From Pristiophorus japonicus (taxonomy: Eukaryota), in NCBI RefSeq assembly GCF_044704955.1, contig NC_091993.1:117056001-117120000 (forward strand): a stretch of 64,000 nucleotides of DNA, in the 5' to 3' direction. Numbering within the stretch: the first letter of the stretch is position 1; each line of letters starts with the position of its first letter. The notes beneath the pieces were generated by a model. It was not told where the DNA came from. It did not search any database and worked only from the letters and a program-made list of their open reading frames with translations. Position numbers and translations under genes: made by a program. This document shows positions 1 through 11,077 of this stretch, in pieces.

Positions 1-520
1 TTTGCGATAAAAATATTTGCGAAATTCCTCTCCGACCCATCTAGGCGATTGAAACTAGTCCAGGAGATCACTCTGGCCCTGAATTCCCTGCAGTACCTAC
101 CTTCTGTAAGAGATGATCTCCACCGCAGCCAGAAACAAATCCAGCTGTCGCTGAAAGGAATTCAGAGAATGAACGTCTGCTGCACGAGACGGCAGCTTGT
201 TCCAGAGGTCCACTATTCTCTGGGAAAAGAACCACCTCCTAACATCTCACCTAGATCCAGCCTTTACAATTCAAATTTGTGACCCCTGGTCCTGCCTAAC
301 CTGTTTAATTGGAACAAACTCTCTGCTGGAACAACATCAATTCCCTTCATTATTTTAAAAACCTCAATCAGTCTACTCTTCTCTGAGGTATAGAGTCCTA
401 ACTCTTTTCGCCTATCTTTATAACTAAGATGCTTTAGACTGGGAATTACACTAGTGGCCCTCCTCTGCATCCTTTCCAAAGCCACAATATCTCCCCTCCC
501 GCCCCCCCCCCCCCATGTAA
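1..520 (-). mobile_element. CR1-type LINE 3' fragment (RT C-terminal region and 3' UTR)
   Basis: ORF 264..710 contains ALERMQRRAT..LSYKDRRKELGLY..RLIEVFKIMKG..RTRGHKF, the typical CR1 ORF2 C-terminus; degenerate. Confidence 0.8.
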
Positions 521-539
521 GGCAAGGGAGGGAAACATC

Positions 540-987
540 CAAGTGCTTTATGAAGAAAGGTTGAGCAGGTTGGAGTTTAGAAGAATGAAATGTGATCTTA
601 TTGAAACATATAAGATTCTGAGGGGGCTTGACAGGGTAGATGCAGAGAGGATATTTCCCCTCATCGGGCAATCCAGAACTAGGGGGCATAGTTTCACAGT
701 AAGGGGTCACCCATTTAAAATGGAGATGAGGAGGAAATTCTTCTCTCAGAGGGTTGTGAATCTTTGGAAATGGGGTAGAAAGCTGTGGAAGCTGTCATTT
801 AATATACTTAAGGTGGAGATAGACAGATTCTTGAATGACATGAGTGTCAAGGGTTATGGGGAGCGGGCAGTAAAGTGGAGTTGAGGCCAAGATCAGATCA
901 GCCATGATCTTATTGAATGGCGGAGCAGGCTCAAGGGGCCAACTGGCCTACCCCTGCTCCTATTTCTTATGCTCTTATGTTCTTATG
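540..987 (+). mobile_element. CR1/HER1-like LINE 3' end
   Basis: ORF 543..884 YEERLSRL..RRMKCDLIETYKILRG..RTRGH..FFSQRVVNLW; 3' UTR ending in (TTCTTATG)n-like tail. Confidence 0.9.
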
Positions 988-1281
988 GTGAAAGTGCAGA
1001 GGTTAGCCTGCCTGTAATCTCTGCCCCTGACATTGTTGGACTTTCTTGGGTTCAGGGGGAGCTTTCTATTTTGCATGCTGATGCCCACAGTATTGGGGCA
1101 TGTCTTGGGTCCCAGGCTGCAAAATGTAACACATTAGCACCTGGTCCAGGAGAGATGTTGGTGCTCACTCCCCTCACCTGTCTCAAGTTCCCCTTCGGGG
1201 TGTAATTTAAATTTTTAAAAACCCGATTATTTTTATTTAGTCTTGGCCGAGACCGCCAGGTTGGTTACCCCAGTTGCTGGC

Positions 1282-1542
1282 CGTAGTGTATTTGCTTCAA
1301 CGGTTCTTTGCTTAAGAATTCATAGCAACACATTGCTGTTAAGAACGAGTTGGTTTATTAGCAAAAGGTTTAACAATCACACTCCACATTACCAGTTCAT
1401 CCACCAGCCTCACAACCACCTGCCTCATTGTGGATCCCCCGAACCCAACTGGCTGGGGTTTTATTGAGTCTTGTAAACACCATGCGACTGGCTAAGCCAC
1501 TCCCAACTCAACAGCTCTACAAACCTATGAGCATACATTACT
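1282..1542 (-). mobile_element. Solo LTR with unoccupied Tx1 target site
   Basis: Homologous to 5580-5977 plus 9624-9671; near-TSD CTGGC/ATGGC; single CAACAGCTCTACAA at 1509-1522; orientation inferred from AATAAA. Confidence 0.75.
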
Positions 1543-1716
1543 ATGGCCTAGTGTTATGCCTGGTCCTTCTTATGGATCCTTCCCAAGCCTCTGGCCTGAT
1601 TGGCAGAGATCCCGTCCCTTTCAAGCTCCACGGAAGTTAATTGATGGATGAGCCTGCACTGCGGCTGCATAGTTTCATGCTACATGTGCCTGATCGATCC
1701 CATGGATTAGTTTTAG

Positions 1717-1980
1717 CTACAACAGCAATTTTTATTTATATAGCGCCTTTAACATAGTAAACCATCCCAAGGCACTTCACAGGAGTGCTATCAAAAAAAA
1801 AATATTGACACCGAGCCGCAAAAGGAGAAATTAGGGCAGATGCCCAAAAGCTTGGACAAAGAGGTAGGTTTTAAGGAGCGTCTTAAAGGAAGAGAGAGAG
1901 GCAGAGAGGTTTAGGGAGGGAATTCCAGAGCTTTGGGCAACATGGTTAAAAGCACGATTGCCAATGGTGGAGCAATTAAA
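1717..1980 (-). mobile_element. L2-type LINE 3' fragment
   Basis: ACAACAGCAA..TATTTATATAGCGCCTTTAAC..CCCAAGGCACTTCACAGG tail shared with copies at 38790, 40955 and 56638. Confidence 0.65.
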
Positions 1981-2310
1981 CAAACACTCAGGTGGTATTT
2001 AAAAAAAAACCAATTCTATGGATAGACTTTCTTTCGCCACACTTGGTCTTATGCTACACTCTCATCTCTGATACATAACTTCAGGCTGTTCCGTTCTGTA
2101 ATCAGTCAGTAACAGATGCACGTGAGTGCTTTGAATCAACCACCTCTTTTGATTTTTGCTTTCTTGGATTCCCACTTGAAACCGGGAACGCAACACCAAC
2201 CATTATTATTATCCTTTACAGTGATAAGCCTAAAATTCACCCCACAAAAGCATTGTCATAACACTGGACTGGCAGCAATGCTCCACTCACTGAAACTCGA
2301 TGAGCAGCTG

Positions 2311-2373
2311 TTATATTCTTGTGGATTCTTTGTTGCTTTTTGAAGCAACTTTCAGACTGCTTGAACTGTTGAA
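2311..2373 (-). CDS. Gene B candidate last coding exon (short cytoplasmic tail FNSSSSLKVASKSNKESTRI*)
   Basis: Acceptor tctttctttcttttcag; phase 0 matches the TM exon donor; 21 codons ending TAA. Confidence 0.4.
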   Translation of the reverse strand, partial: FNSSSSLKVASKSNKESTRI

Positions 2374-2375
2374 CT

Positions 2376-2811
2376 GAAAAGAAAGAAAGACTTGGATTTA
2401 TATAGCGCCTTTCACGACCACCGGACATCTTAAAGTGCTTTTCAGCCATTGAAGTGCTTTTGAAGCATAGTCACTGTTGCAATGTGGGATATACGGCAGC
2501 CAATTTGTGCACAAGCAAACTCCCACAAACAGCAATGTGATAATGACCATATAATCTGTTTTTTTGATATGTTGATTGAGGGATAAATATTGGCCAGGAC
2601 ACCGGGGATAGTGCCATGGGATCTTTTACGTCCACCTGAGAGAGCAGATGGGATCTCGGTTTAACATCTCATCCAAAAGACAGCACTCTCTCAGCACTAC
2701 ACTGGAGTGTCAGCCTAAATACTTGGTGCTCAAGTTCCTAGAGTGGGACTTGAACCCACAACCTTCATGACTCAGAGGCAAGTGTACTACCCACTGAGCC
2801 ATGGCTGACAC
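2376..2811 (-). mobile_element. HE1-like tRNA-derived SINE, full length
   Basis: Head GTGTCAGCCATGGCTCAGTGGG (A box) and GGGTTCAAGTCCC (B box); (CTTT)n tail. Confidence 0.9.
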
Positions 2812-2864
2812 TGCTATGTGTAGTGATGTTGAAAATCAGAGTGATAAGATTTAAAATATCATAC

Positions 2865-2979
2865 CTGGGCATTTGCAAAGCTGGTATAGCACATGAGTGA
2901 AACTGTGTAAAAAGCTAGAGCCCCGAAGAGTATCCAGCGGAATATAGCCCATATACAGTGAATCTTCAGCTCAGCTTCC
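2865..2979 (-). CDS. Gene B transmembrane exon with Arg in the TM (EAELKIHCIWAIFRWILFGALAFYTVSLMCYTSFANAQ)
   Basis: Acceptor ttccttctttaatcag, phase 2 matching the stalk exon; donor CAG|gtatga; hydrophobic helix with W-x-x-x-R-W-I-L-F. Confidence 0.8.
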
Positions 2980-3761
2980 CTGATTAAAGAAGGAAATATA
3001 ATTAATATAGCACAAAATAGTTTATGCCCGAAGTTGGGAAATCCATTTAAATGACGTTCGTGCATGACCTCTTTCAGCCTCCCAAAAAATTGTGCAGAGG
3101 AATATTGAACGTACTGAGAGTTGGGTGTGTGAGTATGGGGGCGATTTTGCAACCTATGCCCACCTCTCGGAGGTCTTGGGCTGCCCATGATATCTGGTAA
3201 CATCAGTCTTGTACACTCCAAACACTTCTGTGCACTTTGCAGAGCAAGAAGAGCCAGGACAAAATCCACAAGTAATATCAAAGTAAACTGACTTAGCAAT
3301 GCATTGCTTTACATTTTAAGAAATAACTCTGATTATTGGAAGTATCTGTTAACAGGCCAGGAAGGTTCCATTGTTGTCACAAGTAACATACAAACTTTTA
3401 ACCGAACAGTGAAGCTTAGCTTTGTACCTGAATTTAAATTAGTACTCATGGGAATGGCTTGGCCAGAGTAATCGTCAGGTCAAGGATATAATGCTACCAT
3501 TTTTATTTAGTTAACCATCTTGTAAATAGAGAGCATAGAAAAGGGTCTTTCGAGAGAACTTGATTTCTTGCTTACCCAAAAAAGTGCCCTGGTCTGAAGG
3601 AACAGGATCTGCTATGTGATTAATGGACGACTTCATTGCTCCTTCGAATAATTGCAGTCAGCCCCGATGGTTAGTGCTAAAAAATATTCTTTGAGCTATC
3701 ATTCCTCATATATATGTACTAAAGAGGCAAATATATTGATTTCCGTTTCTGCAGAACTTAC

Positions 3762-3867
3762 TTGTGAGTTTCGTTAGTGGAAAATATGTTGTGTGGAATA
3801 GCCACGGACGCCTCAGTGCCTGGTGTCACAACCCATTGTTGTTCCTGGTTTGGGGTGGAGGTGCGGG
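3762..3867 (-). CDS. Gene B Thr/Pro-rich stalk exon (RTSTPNQEQQWVVTPGTEASVAIPHNIFSTNETH)
   Basis: Acceptor ttttatgattcctag, donor AA|gtaagt, 106 nt; phase 1 to 2 exactly bridges the V exon and TM exon. Confidence 0.8.
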
Positions 3868-4156
3868 CTAGGAATCATAAAACAAAGTCTATAAGCTCAA
3901 TAAATATTGTCGGACAACAGCTATTTTTTTGGGTGGCACAGATGAATAAAATCAGAGGCTTCTACAATCTGTCAACTGAATTGACCCTGTCGGTTGCTGG
4001 AAGCAAAGAGCAACGCAGTGAAATTGATTGGGGTATGATGGGCAAATAACAGATTGTCCGGACTCTAAATTATTCTTCCCAGTTCCTACTTGTCAAAAGA
4101 ATTAGGAGAAACTTGCATCAATAAGTACTGTATATCTACAAATGAATAAACATTTT

Positions 4157-4795
4157 ATCATCATCATCATAGGCAGTCCCTCGGAATCGAGAAAGACCTG
4201 CTTCCACTCTTAAAATGAGTCTTTAGGTGGCTGAACAGTCCAATACGAGAACCACAGTCCCTGTCACAGGTGGGATAGATAGTCGTTGAGGGAAGGAGTG
4301 GGTGGAACTGATTTGCCGCACGCTCTTTCCGCTGCCTGCGCTTGATTTCTGCATACTCTTAGCGATGAGACTCGAGGTGCTCAGCGCCCTCCTGGATGCA
4401 CTTCCTCCACTTAGGGTGGTCTTTGGCCAGGGACTCCCAGGTGTCAGTGGGGATGTTGCACTTTTTCAGGGAGGCTTTGAGGGTGTCCCTGTAACGTTTC
4501 CTCTGCCCACCTTTGGCTCGTTTGCCATGAAGGCGTTCTGAGTAGAGCGATTGCTTTGGGAGTCTCGTGTCTGGCATGAGAACAATGTGGTCTGCCCAGC
4601 GGAGCTGATCAAGTGTGGTCAGTGCTTCAATGCTGGGGATGTTAGTCAAGGACGCTAATGTTGGTGCATCTGTCCTTCCAGGGGATTTGTAGGATCGTTG
4701 GTGGCATTTCTCCAGCGACTTGAGGTGTCAACTGTACATGGTCCATGTCTCTGAGCCATACATGAGGGCGAGTATTACTACAGCCCTGTAGAACT
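4157..4795 (-). mobile_element. RTE (BovB-like) LINE 3' fragment
   Basis: RLPKQSLYSERLHGKRAKGGQRKRYRDTLKASLK; (ATG)n tail after GAGGGACTGCCT. Confidence 0.85.
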
Positions 4796-5679
4796 GTCTG
4801 CTTAAGAGCCCTGTCACATACAAACCTTCCCTTAAATCTATTCCAGATGAGCAAACGGAGCACGTAGCCCAAATTGGCCTAAACTGGGATCATTCACAGA
4901 TAATTCATATTTATTGTGAGAGCCATTTAGACTGACCTGTTGGCTGTGCAAAACAATAAATCTATCCTTATATGTAGTGTAACAGCCGGACGAGGATAAA
5001 CTAATACGTCTGAAAATGACTCTTGACAATATTAGCAGGTGAACACCGAGGCCTACAAGTTCATAGAAGCCTTTACAAGCATAAAATGGGCGCCTGAGCG
5101 TCCAATATGGTCGGCGGCGTGTGGTACATATTCCGTGCCAGATGTGCACCGCCTGACATAGTATTAAAGGGTCCAGTATAGTGCTGAGGATCCGTGCTTG
5201 AAACATTTGCAATTCGGAGGCCCCCTGCTTCCTTGAGGCCCCCATTCCCAAAACTGGACTACCCTGAACATAGCCTGCACCAGGCTGCTGCATTCAGGAT
5301 ATCCAGGTCTACGTGCGGCCCAACCAATGGTCCTTAAGCGGACTGCTGGAGGCCGCCACCAAGAATTAGGTTTAAAAATAAATTCTCGCCTGAATAAGGA
5401 GCCGGGAGCAGCAAGTGTAGGGAAGACAATTGCCGGCTCCCTCCAGATCATCTCCCCATCCACACCCCCCATCCCACCCCCAATCGCCCCCAGTAGCCCC
5501 CAATCACCCCTAATTGCCCCCAATCGAAGTGGTTCGAGCTATAGAAACAGACGCCTCAGTAGTTCCTGGTGGTTGGACCTGTAATGTATTTGCTTCATGG
5601 GCTGTTTGCTTAAGAATTCATGGCAACACATTTCTATTAAGAACTACTTGGCTTATTAACAAAGGTTCAACAATCACAC

Positions 5680-5832
5680 GGCCTTATGGCTAAAGGGATC
5701 ACAGGGTATGGAGAGAAAGCAGGAATGAGGTACTGAAGTTGTATGATCAGCCATGATCATATTGAATGGTGGTGCAGGCTTGAAGGGCCGAATGGCCTAC
5801 TCCTGCACCTATTTTCTATGTTTCTATGTTTC
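5680..5832 (+). mobile_element. CR1 3' UTR fragment nested in the solo LTR
   Basis: GGGTATGGAGAGAAAGCAGG..GCAGGCTTGAAGGGCCGAATGGCC..(TTTCTATG)n. Confidence 0.8.
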
Positions 5833-5977
5833 TCCACCGCACATTACCAGTTCATCCACTAGGCTCGCAATTGCATACCTCATCGTGGATGACTTAGACT
5901 CAACTGACTGGGGTCTTATTGCATCCTGTGAACATCGCGTGACTGGTGAAGTCACTCACAATGCAACAGCCGTACAA

Positions 5978-6564
5978 CTATTTCAAGTAACATTCAATCA
6001 AGTGCCCCCTTTTAGTAAAGGCACTAGAACCCTCAAATTTCCAAATAAAACTTTAAAGGAAACTTAAATCAAATTCAGCCCGACTCTCTTCTGCGTGCTC
6101 CATCTTCAGGGACACCATGGCTCAGATGTAACCGCAGAAGAGAGTCGGGCTGAATGACCCCCCTCGACTGCCCACTGCTTGGACCGGTTAATGGCCCCCT
6201 TGGCCAGGCCCAGGAGCAGTCCTACGAGGAGGCCCTCCGACCTGCCCGCTCCTCTCTGCAACAGGTGCCCAAAGATCAGGAGCTTGGGACTGAAGTGCAG
6301 GCAAAAATCCAGGAGTAGTCTCTTCAAGTAAAGGAATAGGGGATGTAACCTCACACATTGAAGATAGACATGGAAGATGGACTCTTCCAGACCGCAGAAA
6401 TTGTAGGCGGCTCAGGAGTTTGTGAACCGACTTAAAAACTTATTGCATGGGACTGGTCCATGCAACATCCTCCAGACCAAATCCCCAATAAATAAAGGGA
6501 GGACTGCCACATAGAGAACCCACCATTGGGGAGCCCGGCCTCCTACGGAAGGCAAGATGGCACA
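5978..6564 (-). mobile_element. Tx1-like (L1 clade) 3' fragment, unit 1 (most decayed)
   Basis: Homologous to units 3 and 5, with stops and deletions; flanked by target copies 5964-5977 and 6565-6578. Confidence 0.85.
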
Positions 6565-6578
6565 CAACAGCTCTACAA

Positions 6579-7241
6579 CTATTTTAAAGTACCGTAAATA
6601 CAAGTGCCCCTTATTAAAGGGGCACTAAAACCGACAAATTAAACAAATTAAACTTTTTGAAATACGGTCAAATTAAAATTTGGTTGCCGGGGATGATGAT
6701 GCACTCCAGTCCCTCCGGTGCCCACCTCTCGCGGAAGGCCACGAGCGTACCGGTGGACACCGCGTGCTCCATCTCCAGGGACACCCTGGCCCGGATGTAA
6801 CCACGGAAGAGAGGCAGGCAGTCAGGCTGAACGACCCCCTCGACCCGCCTGCTGCCTGGACCGAATGATGGCCCCCTTGGCCGTGCCCAGGAGCAGTCCC
6901 ACGAGGAGGCCCTCGGACCTACCCGCTCCCCTCCGCACAGGATGCCCAAAGATCAGGAGCGTGGGACTGAAGTGCAGCCAGAATTTGAAGAGCCGCCCCT
7001 TCAAATAATGGAAGAGGGGCTGCAACCTCGCACATTGTATGTAAACGTGGAACACGGACTCTTCCAGACTGCAAAAATTGCAGGCGGCCTTGGAGTCCGT
7101 GAACCGACTTCAAAACCTATTGCACGGGACTGCTCCGTGCACCACCCTCCAGGCCAAGTCCCCAATAAATAGAGAGAGGACTCCCGCGTAGAGACCAGTC
7201 CATTGGGGACCCCCGCCTCCTCCGGACAGCAAGACGGTGCA
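6579..7241 (-). mobile_element. Tx1-like 3' fragment, unit 2
   Basis: Frameshifted zf-RVT region; target copy at 7242-7255. Confidence 0.9.
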
Positions 7242-7255
7242 CAACAGCTCTACAA

Positions 7256-8012
7256 CTATTTTGAGTTGTATCAGTAATCAAGTGCCCCCTGATTAAAGAG
7301 GGGGGGGGCTGTGGGGGGCACACTCCAAAAACTTTTCAAGTGCCCCTTGGTTTTTTTTGAGGGAGTGCCCCCTGGTTAAAAGAGGGTGAGGGGGCACTAA
7401 AACCGACAATTTAAACAAATTAAACTTTAGACATTAAAATCAAATTAAAATTTGGTTGCCGGGGGTGATGATGCACTCGAGTCCCTCCGGCGCCCACCTC
7501 TCGCGGAAGGCCGCGAGCGTACCGGTGGACACCGCGTGCTCCAACTCCAGGGACACCCTGGCGCGGATGTACGCATGGAAGAGAGGCAGGCAGTCAGGCT
7601 GAACGACCCCCTCGACCGCCCGCTGCCTGGACCGGCTGATGGCACCCTTGGCCGTGCCCAGGAGCAGTCCTACGAGGAGGCCCTCAGACTTACTCGCTCC
7701 CCTCAGCACAGGGTGCCCAAAGATCAGGAGTGTGGGACTGAAGTGCAACCAGAAATTGAGGAGCAGCCCCTTTAAATAATGGAACAGGAGCTGCAACCTT
7801 GTGCATTTGATAAAAACATGGAACACGGACTTTTCCAGACCGCAGAAATTGCACGCAGCCTGGGAGCCCGTGAACCGACTTAAAAATTTATTGCACGGGA
7901 CTGCTCCATGCACCACCCTCCAGGCCAAGTCCCCGATAAATAGAGGGAGGACTCCCGCGTAGAGTGTACTCCATCGGGGACCCTTGCCTCCTCCGGACGG
8001 CAGGATGGTGCG
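7256..8012 (-). mobile_element. Tx1-like 3' fragment, unit 3 (open frame 7440-8012)
   Basis: DLAWRVVHGAVPCN..ACNFCGLEKSVFHVFIKC (zf-RVT CCHC of L1/Tx1 ORF2); target copy at 8013-8026. Confidence 0.9.
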
Positions 8013-8026
8013 CAACAGCTCTACAA

Positions 8027-8807
8027 CTCTTTTGTTGAAACAAAATAAAGATTAACTCAAGTGCCCCCTTATTAAAAGCTGTGAGACACTCCAAACACTT
8101 TTCAGTGCCCTTTTTTTTTGGTTTTTTTTGTGGTTTTTTTTTTTGGGCACCTAGAGACAAATTATACAAGTGCCCCCTGCCTCGGGGGACACTAAAACCA
8201 GCAATAAAACAAATTAAACTTTAAAACATATAAAATCAAATTAGAATTTGGTTGACGGGGGTGATAATGCACTCCAGTCCCTCCGGCGCCCACCTCTCGC
8301 GGAAGGCCGCGAGCGTACCGGTGGACACCGCGTGCTCCAACTTCAGGGACACCCTGGCCCGGATGTAGGCGCGGAAGAGAGGCAGGCAGTCAGGCTGAAC
8401 GACCCCCTCGACCGCTCGCTGCCTGGACCGGCTGATGGCATCCTTGGCCGTGCCAGGAGCAGTCCTACGAGGAGGCCCTCGGACCTACCCGCTCCCCTCT
8501 GCACCGGGTGCCCAAAGATCAGGAGTGTGGGACTGAAGTGCAACCAGAATTTGAGGAGCAGCCCCTTCAAATAATGAAACAGGGGCTGCAACCTCGTACA
8601 TTCCATAAAAACATGGAACACGGACTCCTCCAGACCGCAGAAATTGCAGGCGGCCTGGGAGACCGTGAACCGGCTTAAAAATTGGTTGCACGGGACTGCT
8701 CCGTGCACCACCCTCCAGGCCAAGTCTCCGATAAATAGTGGGAGGACTCCCGCGTAGAGTGCACTCCATCGGGGACCCCCGCCTCCTCCGGACGGCAGGA
8801 TGGTGCG
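8027..8807 (-). mobile_element. Tx1-like 3' fragment, unit 4 (one 1-nt frameshift)
   Basis: Same zf-RVT sequence; target copy at 8808-8821. Confidence 0.9.
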
Positions 8808-8821
8808 CAACAGCTCTACAA

Positions 8822-9623
8822 CTCTTTTAGAGGAGACAAAATAAAACATTTAAATCAAGTACCTCCCAATCTGGGGGACCACTCCAAACATTTTCCAATG
8901 CCCTTTTTTTTTTTTTTGTATTTTTGTAGTTTTTTTTGTGGTTTTTTTTGGGCATTAAAATCGTATATTTTACAAGTGCCCCCTATAAAAGGAGAGGGGG
9001 ACACTAAAAACCCGGCAATTAAAACAAATTAAACCTTAAAACATATAAAGTCAAATTAAAATTTGGTTGCCGGGGGTGATGATGCACTCCAGTCCCTCCG
9101 GTGCCCACCTCTCGCGGAAGGCTGCGAGCGTACCGGTGGACACCGCGTGCTCCAACTCTAAGGACACCCTGGCCCGGATGTAGGCGCGGAAGAGAGGCAG
9201 GCAGTCAGGCTGAATGACCCCCTCGACCGCCCGCTGCCTGGACCGGCTGATGGCACCCTTGGCCGTGCCCAGGAGCAGTCCTACGAGGAGGCCCTCGGAC
9301 CTACCCGCTCCCCTCCGCACAGGGTGCCCAAAGATCAGGAGCGTGGGACTGAAGTGCAGCCAGAAATTGAGGAGCAACCCCTTTAAATAATGGAACAGGG
9401 GCTGCAACCTCGCACACTCCATAAAAACATGGAACACGGACTCTTCCAGACCGCAGAAATTGCAGGCGGCATGGGAGCCCGTGAACCGGCTTAAAAATTT
9501 ATTGCACGGGACTGCTCCATGCACCACCCTCCAGGCCAAGTCCCCGATAAATAGTGGGAGGACTCCCGCGTAGAGTGCACTCCATCGGGGACCCCCGCCT
9601 CCTCCGGACGGCAGGATGGTGCG
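8822..9623 (-). mobile_element. Tx1-like 3' fragment, unit 5 (open frame 9051-9623)
   Basis: Uninterrupted frame to the natural stop; target copy at 9624-9637. Confidence 0.9.
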
Positions 9624-9763
9624 CAACAGCTCTACAAACCTATGAGCACACTCACAGGTGCATACATTTCAGGACCCATTGTTAACCTTCATACTGGGGC
9701 TAAAATAGATAAACTTACTGAACACTTTATCAAGAAATCACTTTTTGTATACTGTCTCTCCTC

Positions 9764-11077
9764 TTAATTGAGGTGCTTAATAATCTGATCAATCCAATTT
9801 TTTGCAATAAATTACCATTTTGTATTGCTTGTGTTGCTTAATTCAAATGTTTAGATCATTCCACTATTTAAGGGCAAAACATGACTGAAATAGCATTGAC
9901 TGTGGCACGAAAGGGTGAAATCGGAGGCGGCTGCTACAAAACACATGATGAGTGAACTTGACCTATTGGTGCCGACTGGATGCATATATGGCGCTGATTT
10001 ATCTCCTCCTGTGATTTTCCTCCTGTGTGAGTTGGCGGAGGTTCTGATCTCAGAGCGATCGATTGACGTTGGGGAAGTGACACGATTACAACAAAACAGC
10101 TGGCACCTAAAAACCTTCAGTGGGAACATTTTGTACAATTCCATTTCTCCCCCCCCCCTCCACCCCCACACCCTGCCCCCCGCAATTGCCCCCCCAACTC
10201 CATTCCTGATGTAGCGGTGAGATGTTGCTCTGAAAATCCAGTGTCCACCACGGTCCCCTTTTATGCAAATGAACGTTTCCCCGGGATTTGACACAGAGTC
10301 ACTGTCAGAGCAGACAGGTGGGAATTTGTTGGCTCAAATATTTACATTTGGGTAGAATAAACTAAATAGAAATACATTTGTCTTCTTACCTTCAGAAACT
10401 TTCAATTCGATCGAAAACTTTTCACTTGCTTGAAATGTTAATTGAGGTACTTAAATAATTCAATCAGTCAATAGTTTAGCATTACATTCCCTCTTTGTAT
10501 TGCTTGAGTAGCTTAATTCAAATGATGAGACCATTCCATTATATATAAGGGAAAAAAATTAATGGAATTAGCATTGACTGAGGCCCGGAAGGAAGAAATC
10601 AGAGGCAACTACAACAAAACACATGACGCGTGAATTTGACCTTTTGGTGCCTACTGGGTGCAGATATAGTGCTGACGTCCCTCCTCCTGTGTGAGTTGGC
10701 AGAGGTTCTGATCTCAGAGTGATTGGCAGCTAAAACCTTTCAGTAGGGACATTATTTTGCAAGTTCATTCCCCTTCCACGCACCCCCTCCCCCACCCCGC
10801 AGCGACTCATCACCATTCCTGATGGTGGCGAGATGTTGTTCTGGAAATCCAATGTCCCCCATGGGCTGGGCACCCCAGTAACTGGGTGCCCACCCCTTTT
10901 ATGCAAATGAACGTTTCCCCGGGATTTGACACAGAGTCACTGTCAGAACAGACAGGTGGGAATTTGTTGGCTCAAATGTTTACATTTTGGTAGCATAAAC
11001 TAAATAGAAATACATTTGTCTTCTTACCTTCAGAAACTTTCAATTCGATCGAAAACTTTTCATTTGCTTGAGATGTT
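9764..11077. repeat. Two-copy tandem duplication (about 640-675 bp) including the 3' end and donor of the V exon
   Basis: 9764-10438 aligns with 10438-11077; partial exon QASEKFSIELKVSE|gtaag at 10390-10435. Confidence 0.85.

Larger units (their letters stand above)
5580..9671 (-). mobile_element. Solo LTR (about 275 bp of own sequence) hosting a CR1 tail and a five-unit Tx1-like array
   Basis: TGTAATGTAT...ATACATTTCA termini; perfect 5-bp TSD GGACC at 5575-5579 and 9672-9676; colinear with the uninterrupted copy at 1282-1542. Confidence 0.85.

Noticed and set aside
2740-2811. tRNA genes at SINE heads (also 37064, 39619, 44151, 44922)
   Set aside because: A/B boxes continue into SINE body and tail; not standalone tRNAs
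7440-9626. 191-aa ORFs as a host gene family
   Set aside because: They start at a TTG spanning the insertion junction, have no ATG, and are C-terminal zf-RVT fragments of Tx1 ORF2
5964-9637. CRISPR-like repeat/spacer array
   Set aside because: Eukaryotic context with no cas genes; the spacers are homologous 0.6-0.8 kb retrotransposon pieces and the repeats are target duplications
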